This document shows, in pieces, positions 49,169-59,860 of a stretch of 64,000 bases of DNA; within the stretch, counting starts at the first letter, position 1, and the number at the start of each line of letters is the position of its first letter. Where the stretch lies: positions 50,422 through 114,421 of the forward strand of contig JAOAJN010000001.1 of the NCBI GenBank assembly GCA_026414165.1. The letters run 5' to 3'. The stretch comes from Candidatus Methanomethylicaceae archaeon. Its GTDB lineage: Archaea > Thermoproteota > Methanomethylicia > Methanomethylicales > Methanomethylicaceae. Position numbers and translations under genes: made by a program. The notes under the pieces are model-generated. The model was not told where the DNA came from, ran no database searches, and saw nothing but the letters and a program-made list of their open reading frames with translations.

Positions 49169-50393
49169 GGAGAAGCAGCCCGAGTGTAACATAGGGCTCA
49201 CCGGTCATGTAGACCATGGAAAGACCACACTTGTGGCTGCGTTGAGTGGTGTCTGGGCCGCCCATCATAGTGAGGAACTTAAGAGAGGGATCACAATAAA
49301 GTTGGGCTATGCCGACACAACCTTTAGAAAATGCCCGGAGTGTCCTCCTCCACAATGTTACACAACAAAGAAGATCTGTCCAGTACACAACATCGAAACC
49401 ACTTTTTTGAGAAAAGTTTCATTCGTGGATGCGCCAGGCCATGAAAGCCTGATGGCGACGATGCTCTCAGGTGCTGCCTTAATGGACGGCGCAATATTAG
49501 TAATTTCAGCGGCAGAGGAATGCCCTCAACCACAGACCCGTGAACATTTGGTGGCCTTAGAAATTATCGGCGTAAAAGACATTGTTATAGTCCAAAACAA
49601 GATCGATGCCGTGGACAAACAAAAAGCCCTCGAAAACTACAAACAGATCCTCGCCTTCACAAAAGGCACCATCGCAGAGGGTGCCCCGATCATCCCCGTA
49701 TCCTCCCTTCACGGTGCAAATATTGATTACTTGATACAGACCCTTGAAGAGAAGATCAAGACGCCCGTAAGGGATCCTTCAAAACCTGCGAGGATGTATG
49801 TGGCGAGATCTTTTGATGTAAACAAGCCAGGTACCTTTCCAAAGGACCTTAAGGGTGGTGTACTGGGTGGGTCACTTATACAGGGTCGTCTAAAGGTTGG
49901 AGACGAATTGGAGATACGCCCTGGAATAAAGGTCGAACAGGGCGGGAGGACATTTTACGAGCCGATATTCACCTATATCTCAAGCCTAATGTCTGGCAAT
50001 ACTATGATGAATGAAGTTGGTCCTGGCGGTCTCATCGGAGTCGGGACATATCTAGATCCATCCATTACAAAAGCCGATAACCTTGTGGGAAGCGTGGCTG
50101 GAAAACCTGGAACACTCCCACCTACCCGCCAAGAGTTACAGCTTAAGGTCTCTCTACTCGATAGGGTTGTTGGAACTAAGGAGATGCAGAAGGTCGAACA
50201 CTTGAAGGCTAGGGAGAACCTCATGCTGGTCGTCGGATCCGCCGTTACAGTAGGAGTTGTGAACGCGGCGTATAAGGACGATGCCCAACTTCTACTTAAA
50301 CGTCCTGTGTGCATCGAAACTGGCATGCGCGTTGCATTGAGCAGAATGCTAGCGGGAAGGTGGCGACTGATAGGCTATGGGTATGTCCAGTAG
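49161..50393 (+). CDS. eif2g: translation initiation factor aIF2 gamma subunit
   Basis: [10 protein letters not shown], zinc ribbon CPECPPPQC...C, DAPGHE, NKID motifs; 410 aa. Confidence 0.9.
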   Translation: MSEEKQPECNIGLTGHVDHGKTTLVAALSGVWAAHHSEELKRGITIKLGYADTTFRKCPECPPPQCYTTKKICPVHNIETTFLRKVSFVDAPGHESLMATMLSGAALMDGAILVISAAEECPQPQTREHLVALEIIGVKDIVIVQNKIDAVDKQKALENYKQILAFTKGTIAEGAPIIPVSSLHGANIDYLIQTLEEKIKTPVRDPSKPARMYVARSFDVNKPGTFPKDLKGGVLGGSLIQGRLKVGDELEIRPGIKVEQGGRTFYEPIFTYISSLMSGNTMMNEVGPGGLIGVGTYLDPSITKADNLVGSVAGKPGTLPPTRQELQLKVSLLDRVVGTKEMQKVEHLKARENLMLVVGSAVTVGVVNAAYKDDAQLLLKRPVCIETGMRVALSRMLAGRWRLIGYGYVQ

Positions 50394-50838
50394 AACAAAG
50401 CAAAAAGAAACAGTTCCTGTACTTTTAGACACTAATGTATTGATGTATTCTGCCTCCGAACCTTTTGAAATCAGGAGCCAGCTCGAGAGACTTGGCTTTA
50501 AAAACATCATTGTTACCGAGGGCGTAAGGCGCGAACTTGAGCGACTTGCCAACAGCGGTCATATAAAAGAAAAAAAATTTGCAAAGCTCTCCTTAGAGAT
50601 TGCCAATAAATTCGGAACCATGCCTGATCCTCCTATTGTCGGAGGCGTTGACGATCATCTTGTCTACATCTCTAAGGAGTATGGCTACATCGTTGCAACA
50701 TCGGATGCCTCTTTGAGAAGGCGCCTAAAAAAAGAGGGCCTTCCAGTGATTTACATAAAAAATAGAAGGCTTATCTCTGAATGCAATTTGATCACAAAAA
50801 CCAATTCATCGCCTACCGATACAGACTCCAAACTATAA
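50377..50838 (+). CDS. PIN-domain protein (conserved neighbour of aIF2-gamma)
   Basis: [13 protein letters not shown]-terminus; conserved archaeal cluster eIF2g-PIN-Rpo7-Spt4-DPCK. Confidence 0.7.
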   Translation: MGMSSRTKQKETVPVLLDTNVLMYSASEPFEIRSQLERLGFKNIIVTEGVRRELERLANSGHIKEKKFAKLSLEIANKFGTMPDPPIVGGVDDHLVYISKEYGYIVATSDASLRRRLKKEGLPVIYIKNRRLISECNLITKTNSSPTDTDSKL

Positions 50839-51084
50839 ATAAGAAACCACGTTCCTTCTGTTTTGCCTCATTTTCTATTATGACAACCCCTGAATTTTCA
50901 ATTTAACCTTAAAAACGCAAGTAGTTCATCAGCCTATTTTTCAAATTATGCGGATATCCCAATTGTAGTTTTGAAAGGTCCAAGCCCCATAATAATGGGT
51001 TGAGGATCCGCTCATAAATTATCCAAAACCTATATTTGATTTTTTAACTAAAATGTTATTAAAAAATGCGCTTTAATTTCAACA

Positions 51085-51621
51085 ATGGAGTGCCTGGTTA
51101 TGGTCTCACCCTCTCCTAAAAAAGATTTGAGTCGCTTCGTTTACTGCTCGAGTCTACTTGAAGAAAAGATTGCAAAGGTTTATGAAAATCTTGCAAAAGT
51201 AATAAATGACGACCTCTTCAAATGTCTCTTCAGGTACATCGCTAGTGATTCCTTAAAGCACGCTGAATTTTTTAGGGCGCTAAGCAAATGGCTTAATCCT
51301 GATATTGAACTTAGTTATGAAGAATGCGCAGAGGTTTGGGGAGAAAAGTGGAAGGTCGTCATGGAGCATGCCGAAGTCTTCCAAGAAAAAGGTAAAATAA
51401 ACCACGAAGAGCTGTCCTCTCTAATAGATGGACTGGAGAAGCTTGAGGGCATGGTTGCGGAAGAATACTTAACAATTATGCACATAAGGCTGATCCAATT
51501 AATGGCTGAGGACAGAAAAATAGACCTTGACTATTTTAAGAAAATACTTGAGTGGATAATTGAAGATGAAAATAGGCATGAGCAGATCCTTAAGACCATC
51601 AAAAGTAAGTTAATAAAATAA
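51085..51621 (+). CDS. ferritin-like (diiron-carboxylate type) protein, uncharacterized
   Basis: Two E...ExxH-like helix pairs (LEEKIA...KHAEFF; AEEYLTIMH...EDENRHEQI); all-helical. Confidence 0.4.
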   Translation: MECLVMVSPSPKKDLSRFVYCSSLLEEKIAKVYENLAKVINDDLFKCLFRYIASDSLKHAEFFRALSKWLNPDIELSYEECAEVWGEKWKVVMEHAEVFQEKGKINHEELSSLIDGLEKLEGMVAEEYLTIMHIRLIQLMAEDRKIDLDYFKKILEWIIEDENRHEQILKTIKSKLIK

Positions 51622-51625
51622 CCTC

Positions 51626-52066
51626 TCACAAACTCTGCCTCTCCCAACATTCAACATCCCCGTCAATTACTTTGAAAACCGGGTTGGGTTTAACGGTTCT
51701 GACATTGACTCCCTTCAATTCATCAAACTTTTTCTTGTCTCTCCTCTCAATCTTCTTCAATAAGTGAAAAAATTCATACTCCAACTGTCCGTTGGTGACC
51801 GTTACCACCTCTATCAACTCGATACTCCTGATCTTAGAAAAATCGAAAGAATAGCCCCTTCTATTTGCCTCGAGGTAAATCTGAAACAGGTAAGCATCTA
51901 TCAAATCCAAGGGTCTTTCATAATTTTTAAACCTCAAAAGTTGTGGATGATTTCCGTAACCTTTTGCCTTGCCTCCCAGCACTTTCTTTGCCAGGAGTCC
52001 TTCCCTCCAAGCCGCTACTAATCCTTTACAATCGAGATATTTAGGATGAATCGACCAAAGTCTCAC
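51626..52066 (-). CDS. pyrimidine dimer DNA glycosylase / AP lyase (T4 endonuclease V-like, Pyr_excise family)
   Basis: N-terminus MRLWSIHPKYLDCKGLVAAWREGLLAKKVLGGKAKGYGNHPQLLRF matches the conserved start of this family. Confidence 0.6.
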   Translation of the reverse strand: MRLWSIHPKYLDCKGLVAAWREGLLAKKVLGGKAKGYGNHPQLLRFKNYERPLDLIDAYLFQIYLEANRRGYSFDFSKIRSIELIEVVTVTNGQLEYEFFHLLKKIERRDKKKFDELKGVNVRTVKPNPVFKVIDGDVECWERQSL

Positions 52067-52320
52067 TTAGAACCTCTCCACAAACCTTCAAAAGAGTATA
52101 TGTTAAAATGGTTTCTCTCCCTTTGTAAAATTTATTTGCTTAAAATTTAATGTTGTGGATTTTGGGTCTTTTTCTTTAAAACTTGGGCAAAACATATTAA
52201 CAAAGAGCTTCGACCGTAAAGTGGAAACAAAAATATACCAATACAAGATATGATTAATGCATCAAGTTTTTATAGTCCTTCTGAATGTGCTATCCATAAA
52301 TTGCCTGTTTGGTGGAAATT

Positions 52321-52902
52321 ATGTTCAAGCTTCTTCAAATAAATGACGTGGTACGGATCCCGCCAGAAAAGTTTGAATCACCCCTCGAGACTGTAGCAGC
52401 CGAGGTGATCAGATCGACCTATGAGGGCGTGGTGATGCGCGAATTTGGCGCCGTCATCGCTGTACTAAATGTGAAGGTCTCAAATGTGGGCAAGATTCTA
52501 CCAGGGGATGGCGCCGTATACCACAAAGCCTCATTCGACCTCTTAGTTTATACCCCTGTAATTCAGGAGGTTGTAGAAGGCGAGGTAGTTGAGGTTACTG
52601 ATTTTGGCATATTCGTAAGGATCGGTCCTATGGATGGGCTTGTCCACGTGTCGCAAGTTATGGATGACTTTATAACTTACGATGAGAAGAGGGGTGCTTT
52701 GATAGGGAAGGAAACACAAAGGGTTTTGGAGAAAGGCGCCTTGGTTCGATCAAGAATTATAACCGTCAGCCTTACTGGCGGTCCCTCTCGAAGTAGCAAG
52801 ATAGGAATGACTATGAGGCAGCCTTATCTCGGCGCCTTATCTTGGATCGAGGAGGATATCAAAAAAACTATTGGAGCAAAGGAAGAAGAAAAGGGAAAGT
52901 AG
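52321..52902 (+). CDS. rpoE: DNA-directed RNA polymerase subunit E' (Rpo7, S1 domain)
   Basis: MFKLLQINDVVRIPP N-terminus, S1 domain (GEVVEVTDFGIFVRIG). Confidence 0.85.
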   Translation: MFKLLQINDVVRIPPEKFESPLETVAAEVIRSTYEGVVMREFGAVIAVLNVKVSNVGKILPGDGAVYHKASFDLLVYTPVIQEVVEGEVVEVTDFGIFVRIGPMDGLVHVSQVMDDFITYDEKRGALIGKETQRVLEKGALVRSRIITVSLTGGPSRSSKIGMTMRQPYLGALSWIEEDIKKTIGAKEEEKGK

Positions 52903-53002
52903 ATGATAGGAAAAGTAAATGTGGATGTTAATGTTAATACGAACGGGATTAAAAATTTGAATCTAAACCAAAATCAAAAATCCATTTTGAAAAATGTGAT
53001 GC

Positions 53003-53221
53003 GTGATTAAAATGAGTAAAGAAAGACCCTCTTCGACAAAGTTTGCATGCAGAAAGTGCAAGTATATCTTAGGTGAAGATGATACTAAATGCCCCATCTG
53101 TGGGGGCACGGATCTCTCCGAAGATTGGAGCGGTCTGGTCGTTGTCCTTGATCCGTCATCAAGCGTGGCCGAGATGATGGGTGCGAAAAAACCTGGGCGG
53201 TATGCTATAAAGGTTCGCTGA
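53003..53221 (+). CDS. spt4: transcription elongation factor Spt4 (RpoE'')
   Basis: CRKCKYIL...CPICGG zinc ribbon, about 70 aa, immediately after rpoE. Confidence 0.8.
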   Translation: MIKMSKERPSSTKFACRKCKYILGEDDTKCPICGGTDLSEDWSGLVVVLDPSSSVAEMMGAKKPGRYAIKVR

Positions 53222-53233
53222 AAATAGCCTTAG

Positions 53234-53755
53234 GTGTCTTATTTGGGCCTTCTTAGGTTGCCCGAGTGGCTAAGGTCCGAACTCTCAAAGCCTTATGGCA
53301 TACTTCTCACAGGCGACTTAGAATCCAACGTTAATTCTGTTCTGTCTCTAATAAAAGATGAGCGCCCTCCTAAAGTTATTGTTGTTGGAGATTACGCTCT
53401 GACTGGCTTTATAAAATTTGGCTACATTCCTAGTCTTGGCATATTCGACAGAAAGACTAAACGATCTCCTTTCCCCTTGACTATAAATCCCACAGAGAGT
53501 GTAGTTAACCCCCCTGGTCATATATCAGACGAGGCTATCCTTGCAATTAGACGCCTCCTCTCATCCTCCACTTCATCACTTTTATTTGTGGATGGAGAGG
53601 AGGATCTTTTAGCCCTCCCTGCAATACTCCACTCACCTGAAGGCTCTTTCGTGATCTATGGCATTCCATCTGTTGGGATGATGCTTGTAAAAGTCGATAA
53701 AGATGTAAAGAAAAAAGTTTCAGAGATTTTGGACAATTTTGAGCGAGTGTTCTGA
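53234..53755 (+). CDS. GTP-dependent dephospho-CoA kinase (DUF359)
   Basis: VIVVGDYALTGF...GIFDRKTKR motif; conserved position after spt4. Confidence 0.7.
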   Translation: MSYLGLLRLPEWLRSELSKPYGILLTGDLESNVNSVLSLIKDERPPKVIVVGDYALTGFIKFGYIPSLGIFDRKTKRSPFPLTINPTESVVNPPGHISDEAILAIRRLLSSSTSSLLFVDGEEDLLALPAILHSPEGSFVIYGIPSVGMMLVKVDKDVKKKVSEILDNFERVF

Positions 53756-53757
53756 TC

Positions 53758-55002
53758 CTACACCCATCCTCTTACTTTCATCGCTTCGGCAACTCTGTTA
53801 ATTGCGCAGATGTACGCCGCCATCCTCATATCAGTACCATATTTCTTGTACGTCTCATAGACATTATTGAAGGCCTTGACCAACAACTTGTCCAACTTCT
53901 CTATGACTTCTTCTTTGCTCCAGTAGTAGTTCTGTAGATTCTGCACCCACTCAAAGTACGAAGTGCTAACTCCGCCTGAGTTAGCTAGCACGTCAGGTAT
54001 GACCACCACTCCTTTCTTAAAGAGGATCTCGTCCGCCTCTGGCGTTGTGGGACCATTTGCTCCTTCCAATATCAACCTTGCCTTTATTTTGTCAGCATTT
54101 TTCTCGGTTATCTGATTCTCCAGAGCGGCGGGTATCAATATATCGCACTCCTGCTCTAGCAACTGCTCATTCGTCACGTCCTCGGCATCAGGGTACCCTA
54201 CAACACTTCCCGTTTTTTCTTTGAATTTGCTCACATGTTCTACTGAGAGCCCTTTTTTGCTGTAAATTCCTCCTCTCGAGTCGCTTATTCCGACTATCTT
54301 GCAACCTAACTTTTCCATGAAATAGGCTGAATAGTACCCTACGTTTCCGAAACCTTGAACTACAACAGTCGCTTTTTTCAGCTCTATCCCAAGCTTCTTC
54401 GCCGCCTCTCTCCCTGAGATTGCCACTCCCATGCCTGTGGCTTCCACCCTCCCCTCTGAGCCGCCTATAATTATCGGCTTACCTGTAACCGTGCCAGGTA
54501 CATTGTATCCTTTGACCTTGCTGTATTCATCCATGAACCAAGCCATTTCTCTTCCAGAGGTATTCACATCGCCTGCTGGGATATCTCTATCTGGTCCTAC
54601 TATGGATGATATCGCATAGAAGTAACCTCTCGATAGTCTCTCGATCTCGCCCAAACTCATTTCCTTTGGGTTGCAAATGACTCCTCCCTTTGCTCCTCCA
54701 TAAGGAAGCCCCGCCACAGCGCACTTCCAAGTCATCCATATCGATAGCGCAATCACTTCCTCCATGGTGACGTTTGGATGGTATCTTATGCCTCCTTTGA
54801 ATGGTCCTAGGGCATCGTTGTGTTGTGATCTAAACCCTGTGAAGACTTTGATTTTTCCATTGTCCATCCTTACAGGCACATAAACACACAGGACCCTCTT
54901 TGGATATTTCAGGATTTCATGGATGTTATGGTCTAGATTCATTATTTTTGCGCATTTGTCCAGCTGCTCTAGAGCCATTTGATACGGGTTCCTTTCGGGC
55001 AT
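53758..55002 (-). CDS. gdhA: glutamate dehydrogenase
   Basis: KGGIRYHP, GGAKGG, GFGNVG (Rossmann) motifs; 414 aa. Confidence 0.9.
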   Translation of the reverse strand: MPERNPYQMALEQLDKCAKIMNLDHNIHEILKYPKRVLCVYVPVRMDNGKIKVFTGFRSQHNDALGPFKGGIRYHPNVTMEEVIALSIWMTWKCAVAGLPYGGAKGGVICNPKEMSLGEIERLSRGYFYAISSIVGPDRDIPAGDVNTSGREMAWFMDEYSKVKGYNVPGTVTGKPIIIGGSEGRVEATGMGVAISGREAAKKLGIELKKATVVVQGFGNVGYYSAYFMEKLGCKIVGISDSRGGIYSKKGLSVEHVSKFKEKTGSVVGYPDAEDVTNEQLLEQECDILIPAALENQITEKNADKIKARLILEGANGPTTPEADEILFKKGVVVIPDVLANSGGVSTSYFEWVQNLQNYYWSKEEVIEKLDKLLVKAFNNVYETYKKYGTDMRMAAYICAINRVAEAMKVRGWV

Positions 55003-55168
55003 ATCTTTTCATCTCGTTGAAGAGATTTAAAACCCTCCCTTATTAAGATTTATTAAAACTTGTTAACAATTATTAATATTAGTCCTTGAACGAGATGTTT
55101 CGAAAATTCTAGAGACAGGCCGATCAACAGATAAGCTAAAAAAGGAGAACGCTTTTTTCTACCACGAA

Positions 55169-55531
55169 ATGGATGTGCAAACGATGTCCTCGGAAGAGTA
55201 TCAAATATCAATCATAGAAGACAAATTCAATCCCCTCCTCGAGAGGAGAGAGGTTAAGGTAGAGGTTGCCTCAAAATCAACGCCCAAGAGAGACCTTTTG
55301 AGGAAAGCTGTCGCGGCCTCGCTCAAGGTCTCGCCGGATTGTGTTTACGTGAGGAGCTGCCTCTCTTCTTTTGGTACCAACATCTCCATATGTAGAATAC
55401 ATGTCTACAAAGATCCCGAGCGCGGTAAAAAATTAGAGCCAAAACATGTCCAGCTCAGAAACCTATCTAGACAAGAGCGCGCGCAAGCGATGTCCTCTCA
55501 AACCGTCTCAAAAACTGACGAGAAAAAGTAG
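55169..55531 (+). CDS. rps24e: 30S ribosomal protein S24e (eS24)
   Basis: IIEDKFNPLLERREVKVEV conserved S24e N-terminal region. Confidence 0.8.
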   Translation: MDVQTMSSEEYQISIIEDKFNPLLERREVKVEVASKSTPKRDLLRKAVAASLKVSPDCVYVRSCLSSFGTNISICRIHVYKDPERGKKLEPKHVQLRNLSRQERAQAMSSQTVSKTDEKK

Positions 55532-55540
55532 GTGATCTAA

Positions 55541-55705
55541 ATGACAAAACCATCCGAACTTTACGAATATAGCTACGAACAAGGCAAGATCACACCAAAA
55601 AACAGAACCTGTTCTAGATGCGGTAGATTCATGGCAAAGCATATGAAACCCAGTCCCAGATGGGCTTGTGGCTATTGTGGCTACACAGAATTCATACGCC
55701 AATAA
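55541..55705 (+). CDS. rps27a: 30S ribosomal protein S27a (eS31) zinc ribbon
   Basis: 54-aa ORF MTKPSELYEYSYEQGKITPKNRTCSRCGRFMAKH...CGYCGY found by translation (below the ORF-track size cutoff). Confidence 0.8.
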   Translation: MTKPSELYEYSYEQGKITPKNRTCSRCGRFMAKHMKPSPRWACGYCGYTEFIRQ

Positions 55706-55716
55706 AGGCATAGAAA

Positions 55717-56706
55717 ATGAGCAAGCTTTACGTGATGGGTATTGAATCTACGGCCCACACCTTTGGGTGTGGCATTGTCTCATCTAATGGTGAAATACTC
55801 TCAAATCTGAGGTCAGAGTATGTCCCAGCTGCCGGGGGGATACACCCCCGCGAGGCAAGCCAACACCATGCATCTAAAGCATCCGCAACAATCAGACAAG
55901 CTCTTAATGATGCTGGTCTGGGATTAGATGAGATCTCCGCTGTGGCTATTTCTCTCGGTCCTGGGCTCGGTCCATGCTTGAGGACAGGCGCCACCGTTGC
56001 TAGAGCTATAGCCTTAATGATCAAAAAACCCCTCATTCCAGTTAATCATTGCGTTGCCCATATAGAGATCGGCAGATTGGCTACAAAGGAGGATGACCCA
56101 TTAGTGGCTTACGTCTCCGGCGGAAACACTATAGTCTCCGCATACTCTGATGGACGATATAGGGTCTTCGGAGAGACTCTCGACATCGCTCTTGGCAATT
56201 GTTTAGACGTATTTGCCCGCTCATTGGGTCTTAGCCATCCTGGAGTTCCAAAACTTGAAGCTCTAGCAGAGGGTGGAAAAAGCTTCATCCCACTTCCTTA
56301 TGTTGTCAAGGGACAGGACGTATCTTACTCTGGTCTGTTGACCATGGCAACCAGAAAAATTCCGGAGAATGACCCGCGCGACCTGAGTATGAGCCTCTTG
56401 GAGGTTGCCTACGGGATGCTGGCGGAGGTTGTCGAGAGAGCCTTGGCTCATACAGAGAAACCATCACTATTGCTTACTGGGGGTGTTGCCCGAAGTCACC
56501 GACTACAGCGGATACTGAGGGCAGTCTGTGAAGAACACTCTGCAAGATTTCATGTTGTGCCGCCAGATCTCGCAGGAGATAATGGGGCCATGATCGCTTG
56601 GACAGGATATTTAGCTCTTAAAGAGGGTGTCTGTGTGCCTGTAGAATCCAGCTACATAAGGCAAAGATGGCGCCTCGACGAGGTTGAGGTACCATGGAGA
56701 AGATGA
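55717..56706 (+). CDS. kae1: tRNA t6A synthase Kae1 (KEOPS)
   Basis: MGIESTAHTFGCGIV N-terminus, ASKH fold; 329 aa. Confidence 0.9.
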   Translation: MSKLYVMGIESTAHTFGCGIVSSNGEILSNLRSEYVPAAGGIHPREASQHHASKASATIRQALNDAGLGLDEISAVAISLGPGLGPCLRTGATVARAIALMIKKPLIPVNHCVAHIEIGRLATKEDDPLVAYVSGGNTIVSAYSDGRYRVFGETLDIALGNCLDVFARSLGLSHPGVPKLEALAEGGKSFIPLPYVVKGQDVSYSGLLTMATRKIPENDPRDLSMSLLEVAYGMLAEVVERALAHTEKPSLLLTGGVARSHRLQRILRAVCEEHSARFHVVPPDLAGDNGAMIAWTGYLALKEGVCVPVESSYIRQRWRLDEVEVPWRR

Positions 56707-57335
56707 CATTAATAAAGAAGGGCGCAGAGGCTGAGCTTTACCACATGATATGGATGGGCAGAGAGTCTGTACTTAAGCGAAGAATAAAAAAGCTCTATCG
56801 CAACCCCGACCTTGATTTATACATACGCACAACAAGGACTAGTTTGGAGGCAAAGCTATTGTCTGAGGCTAGGAGACTAGGTGTGCCAACACCAATAGTC
56901 TACTCTCTTGATCTCAAGAATGCTGAGATTATTATGAGCTTTATATCCGGGCCGCCACTCAAGAAAGTCATTCCGAATATGGACCGGAAGTCTCTGTTCG
57001 AGACTTTTAGCCTTATTGGCAGCCTCGTAGGTAAGCTTCACAAAGGTGGGATAGTTCACGGCGACCTTACCACCTCCAATATGATTTTAAAGGAAGATCT
57101 ACTCTTTTTGATAGATTTTGGACTTGGCGACCACACCTTCGATTTGGAGGCACGAGGTGTGGACATACACCTAATGCGCAGAGCCCTGGAGAGCTCTCAC
57201 CACGAGATCTCCAAATTCGCATATGATGGCTTCATATCAGGATACGAGGGCATAATGGGCGAAGAGACAAAAGACGTTCTAAGAAGGGTTAACGAGATCA
57301 GAAGAAGGGGGCGTTATGTCGAAGGTGGACGATGA
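56694..57335 (+). CDS. bud32: KEOPS subunit Bud32 (atypical RIO-like kinase)
   Basis: LIKKGAEAELY, VHGDLTTSNMI catalytic loop; overlaps kae1 by 13 nt. Confidence 0.85.
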   Translation: MEKMTLIKKGAEAELYHMIWMGRESVLKRRIKKLYRNPDLDLYIRTTRTSLEAKLLSEARRLGVPTPIVYSLDLKNAEIIMSFISGPPLKKVIPNMDRKSLFETFSLIGSLVGKLHKGGIVHGDLTTSNMILKEDLLFLIDFGLGDHTFDLEARGVDIHLMRRALESSHHEISKFAYDGFISGYEGIMGEETKDVLRRVNEIRRRGRYVEGGR

Positions 57336-57913
57336 TTTCTATGGTCTCAATTCTGTTTATAACCAGCAATGAACACAAAGTTGAGGAAGCTAACAGAATA
57401 CTCTCCCAGTTTGGCATTCAGTTGGAGATGTTCCCTCAAAAGAAGATCGAGATTCAGTCCAAATCCCTGTTAAAGATCGCAAAATACGCAGCTCATATGG
57501 CGGCAAAGAGGTTGAAATCTCCGGTATTGGTTGAGGACTCAGGTTTGTTTATTAGAGCATTAAAGGGCTTCCCTGGGCCGTTCTCCTCATACATTCACGA
57601 AACCATCGGATGTGAGGGTGTACTTAAACTACTCTCCGGAATAGAGGATCGGTATGCAGTATTCAAATGTGCTGTTGCCTTTTGTTCTCCTTCGTTGGGC
57701 CTTAACACATTCCAAGGACGCTCAATAGGGCGAATCTCTCTCAACATGCGCGGACAAGCTGGATTTGGATTCGATCCTATATTTGTCCCGCATGGAGAAG
57801 AACTCACTTTCGCTGAGATGCTGCCTGAGCAAAAGGATCGTTTCTCCCACAGGGGTGCGGCTTTAAGGGCCTTTGGGTCATGGCTCTCCTCAAAAAGTAT
57901 GGCTAAACCTTAA
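57332..57913 (+). CDS. non-canonical purine NTP pyrophosphatase (Ham1/RdgB/ITPase)
   Basis: FITSNEHKVEE, EDSGL, FGFDPIF, SHRG motifs. Confidence 0.85.
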   Translation: MISMVSILFITSNEHKVEEANRILSQFGIQLEMFPQKKIEIQSKSLLKIAKYAAHMAAKRLKSPVLVEDSGLFIRALKGFPGPFSSYIHETIGCEGVLKLLSGIEDRYAVFKCAVAFCSPSLGLNTFQGRSIGRISLNMRGQAGFGFDPIFVPHGEELTFAEMLPEQKDRFSHRGAALRAFGSWLSSKSMAKP

Positions 57914-57944
57914 ATAATAGCTCCTTTTTCTATCGTTTGCTCAG

Positions 57945-58403
57945 GTGGGCTCTTTGAGAAAGAGTAAGATAAAAGGCAAATCACATTCAATGAGACCTGT
58001 GGAAAGTGGCGCACCAAAGTGGGCGAAGGCCACTGCTGATGAGGTAGAGTCACTCATAATTGAATTTGCTAAAAAGGGGGTCCCTCCCTCTCAGATTGGA
58101 CTGATCCTCAGAGACCAGTATGGAATACCGCTCGCAAAACAGATAACTAGCAAGAAAATATGTGAAACTCTATCTGAGAAAAATTTGGCTCCCGAAATCC
58201 CCGAGGACCTATTTAACTTAATAAAGCACGCCTCCAAAATCCGAAGGCACTTGGAGGAACACCCGAAAGACATGAGTTCAAAAAGGGGTTTACAACTCTT
58301 AGAGTCTAAGATAAACCGCCTGGCAAAATATTATACTTCGGTAGGAAAACTCCCTCGTGACTGGAAGTATTCGCCAGAGAAGGCATCAATACTTGCCAGA
58401 TAG
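57945..58403 (+). CDS. rps15: 30S ribosomal protein S15 (uS15; S13e)
   Basis: S13e N-terminal domain plus S15 C-terminal helix bundle; 152 aa. Confidence 0.85.
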   Translation: MGSLRKSKIKGKSHSMRPVESGAPKWAKATADEVESLIIEFAKKGVPPSQIGLILRDQYGIPLAKQITSKKICETLSEKNLAPEIPEDLFNLIKHASKIRRHLEEHPKDMSSKRGLQLLESKINRLAKYYTSVGKLPRDWKYSPEKASILAR

Positions 58404-58414
58404 GGGTAAAATTT

Positions 58415-59860
58415 TTGGCTCAAGAAGGGGAGTCTCTGTTACTGAAGAGAGCAGAATCGATCGCAAATGATCTTCTTTCCATTCCAAAAGAAGAAGAGAT
58501 CCTGATAGTCTCGCATCTAGACGCGGATGGCATCGCTGCTGGGAGCATTATGCTCCATGCCCTCTTAGATTACGGGGCTAACCCCTGTCTGAGGATCGTG
58601 AAACAGCTGGATATGGGTGTAATAGAGGATGTCGCCGACTCCCCCTCAAAGTTCGTAGTTTTTGTTGATATGGGTAGCGGACAGAAGCCGCTCCTGCAAA
58701 AGCTTGAAGATAAAAATAAAAAATTATTCATAATTGACCACCATCAACCAGAACCTCCTGAGATGGAGTCTGAGATCAACCCTCACATGTTTGGGTACAA
58801 CGGGTCAAATGATATCTCAGCGTCTGGAACCGCCTATTTGGTAGCTAAAAGGATATCGAGTAATAACCCCTACACCTCTCAGCTCGCGATCGCTGGAGCA
58901 TTGGGAGATATCCAAGACCGAGGGGAACGCGCCTCGCTTGTTGGGTTGAATAAAGCAATTGCAGTAGAAGCCGAGTCGAAGGGTCTGCTGAAGACAAAGT
59001 TAGGTTTGAAACTTTATGGCTTTGAATCTAGACCCTTGGTACAGTGTCTCGCTAACACCATAGAGCCTTACCTACCGGGACTTAGTGGCGACGAAGGTGC
59101 CTGCCTCAAATTCATAAAGAGTCTGGGCATCGACCCTGTGAAAGCCGATGGCAGTTGGCGCTCTCAAGCAGATCTCTCCAACAACGAACTTAGAACACTC
59201 CTAAATGGTATAATAAAGTACCTGATCTCTCAAGGACTATCGAGCAAAGAGGCCGAAAGTGTGGTGGGGACGCTCTATATATTTCCCAACGAACCGCCCG
59301 ATTCTCCACTTCGTGATGCCCGCGAATTTGCATCATCTATTAACGCATGCGGGAGGTTAGGCAAGTATGGTCTTGGTGTCTCCATATGTATGGGTGACAG
59401 AGGTCAAGCGCTCGAAGAACTAAAGCAGACACTTCAAGAATACCGAAAGACAATCTCCCGGTATCTAAACTGGATTCAAACTAACAACGATTCCATCAAG
59501 ATATTACCTTACGTTCAGGCAATCAATGGTGGCACGGTTGTAGACGATAGAATGATAGGGACAATCATCTCAATAACATATTCCACAAAGCCTTTTTCAC
59601 TCGAAAAACCGATAGTTGGATTTGCAGTCTCTTCAGACTGCATAAAGGTCTCCGCTAGGGCATCTCCAAATTTAGTTAAAAAAGGACTAAATCTAGGCGC
59701 ATTAATAAAAGAGGCCGCCGAGAAATTTGGCGGAGCTGGTGGAGGGCACAATATCGCAGCTGGAGCGCAGATCCCTATTGGGCGAGAAGAAGCTTTTCTC
59801 CAATATTTGAACGAATTGATTTCAAAGAATATGGGTGTAGGTGAAATTCATGCTCACTGA
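58415..59860 (+). CDS. DHH-family RecJ-like nuclease (GAN/Cdc45-like)
   Basis: LDADGIAAGS (DHH motif I), IIDHHQP (motif III); conserved position after rps15; TTG start. Confidence 0.75.
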   Translation: MAQEGESLLLKRAESIANDLLSIPKEEEILIVSHLDADGIAAGSIMLHALLDYGANPCLRIVKQLDMGVIEDVADSPSKFVVFVDMGSGQKPLLQKLEDKNKKLFIIDHHQPEPPEMESEINPHMFGYNGSNDISASGTAYLVAKRISSNNPYTSQLAIAGALGDIQDRGERASLVGLNKAIAVEAESKGLLKTKLGLKLYGFESRPLVQCLANTIEPYLPGLSGDEGACLKFIKSLGIDPVKADGSWRSQADLSNNELRTLLNGIIKYLISQGLSSKEAESVVGTLYIFPNEPPDSPLRDAREFASSINACGRLGKYGLGVSICMGDRGQALEELKQTLQEYRKTISRYLNWIQTNNDSIKILPYVQAINGGTVVDDRMIGTIISITYSTKPFSLEKPIVGFAVSSDCIKVSARASPNLVKKGLNLGALIKEAAEKFGGAGGGHNIAAGAQIPIGREEAFLQYLNELISKNMGVGEIHAH

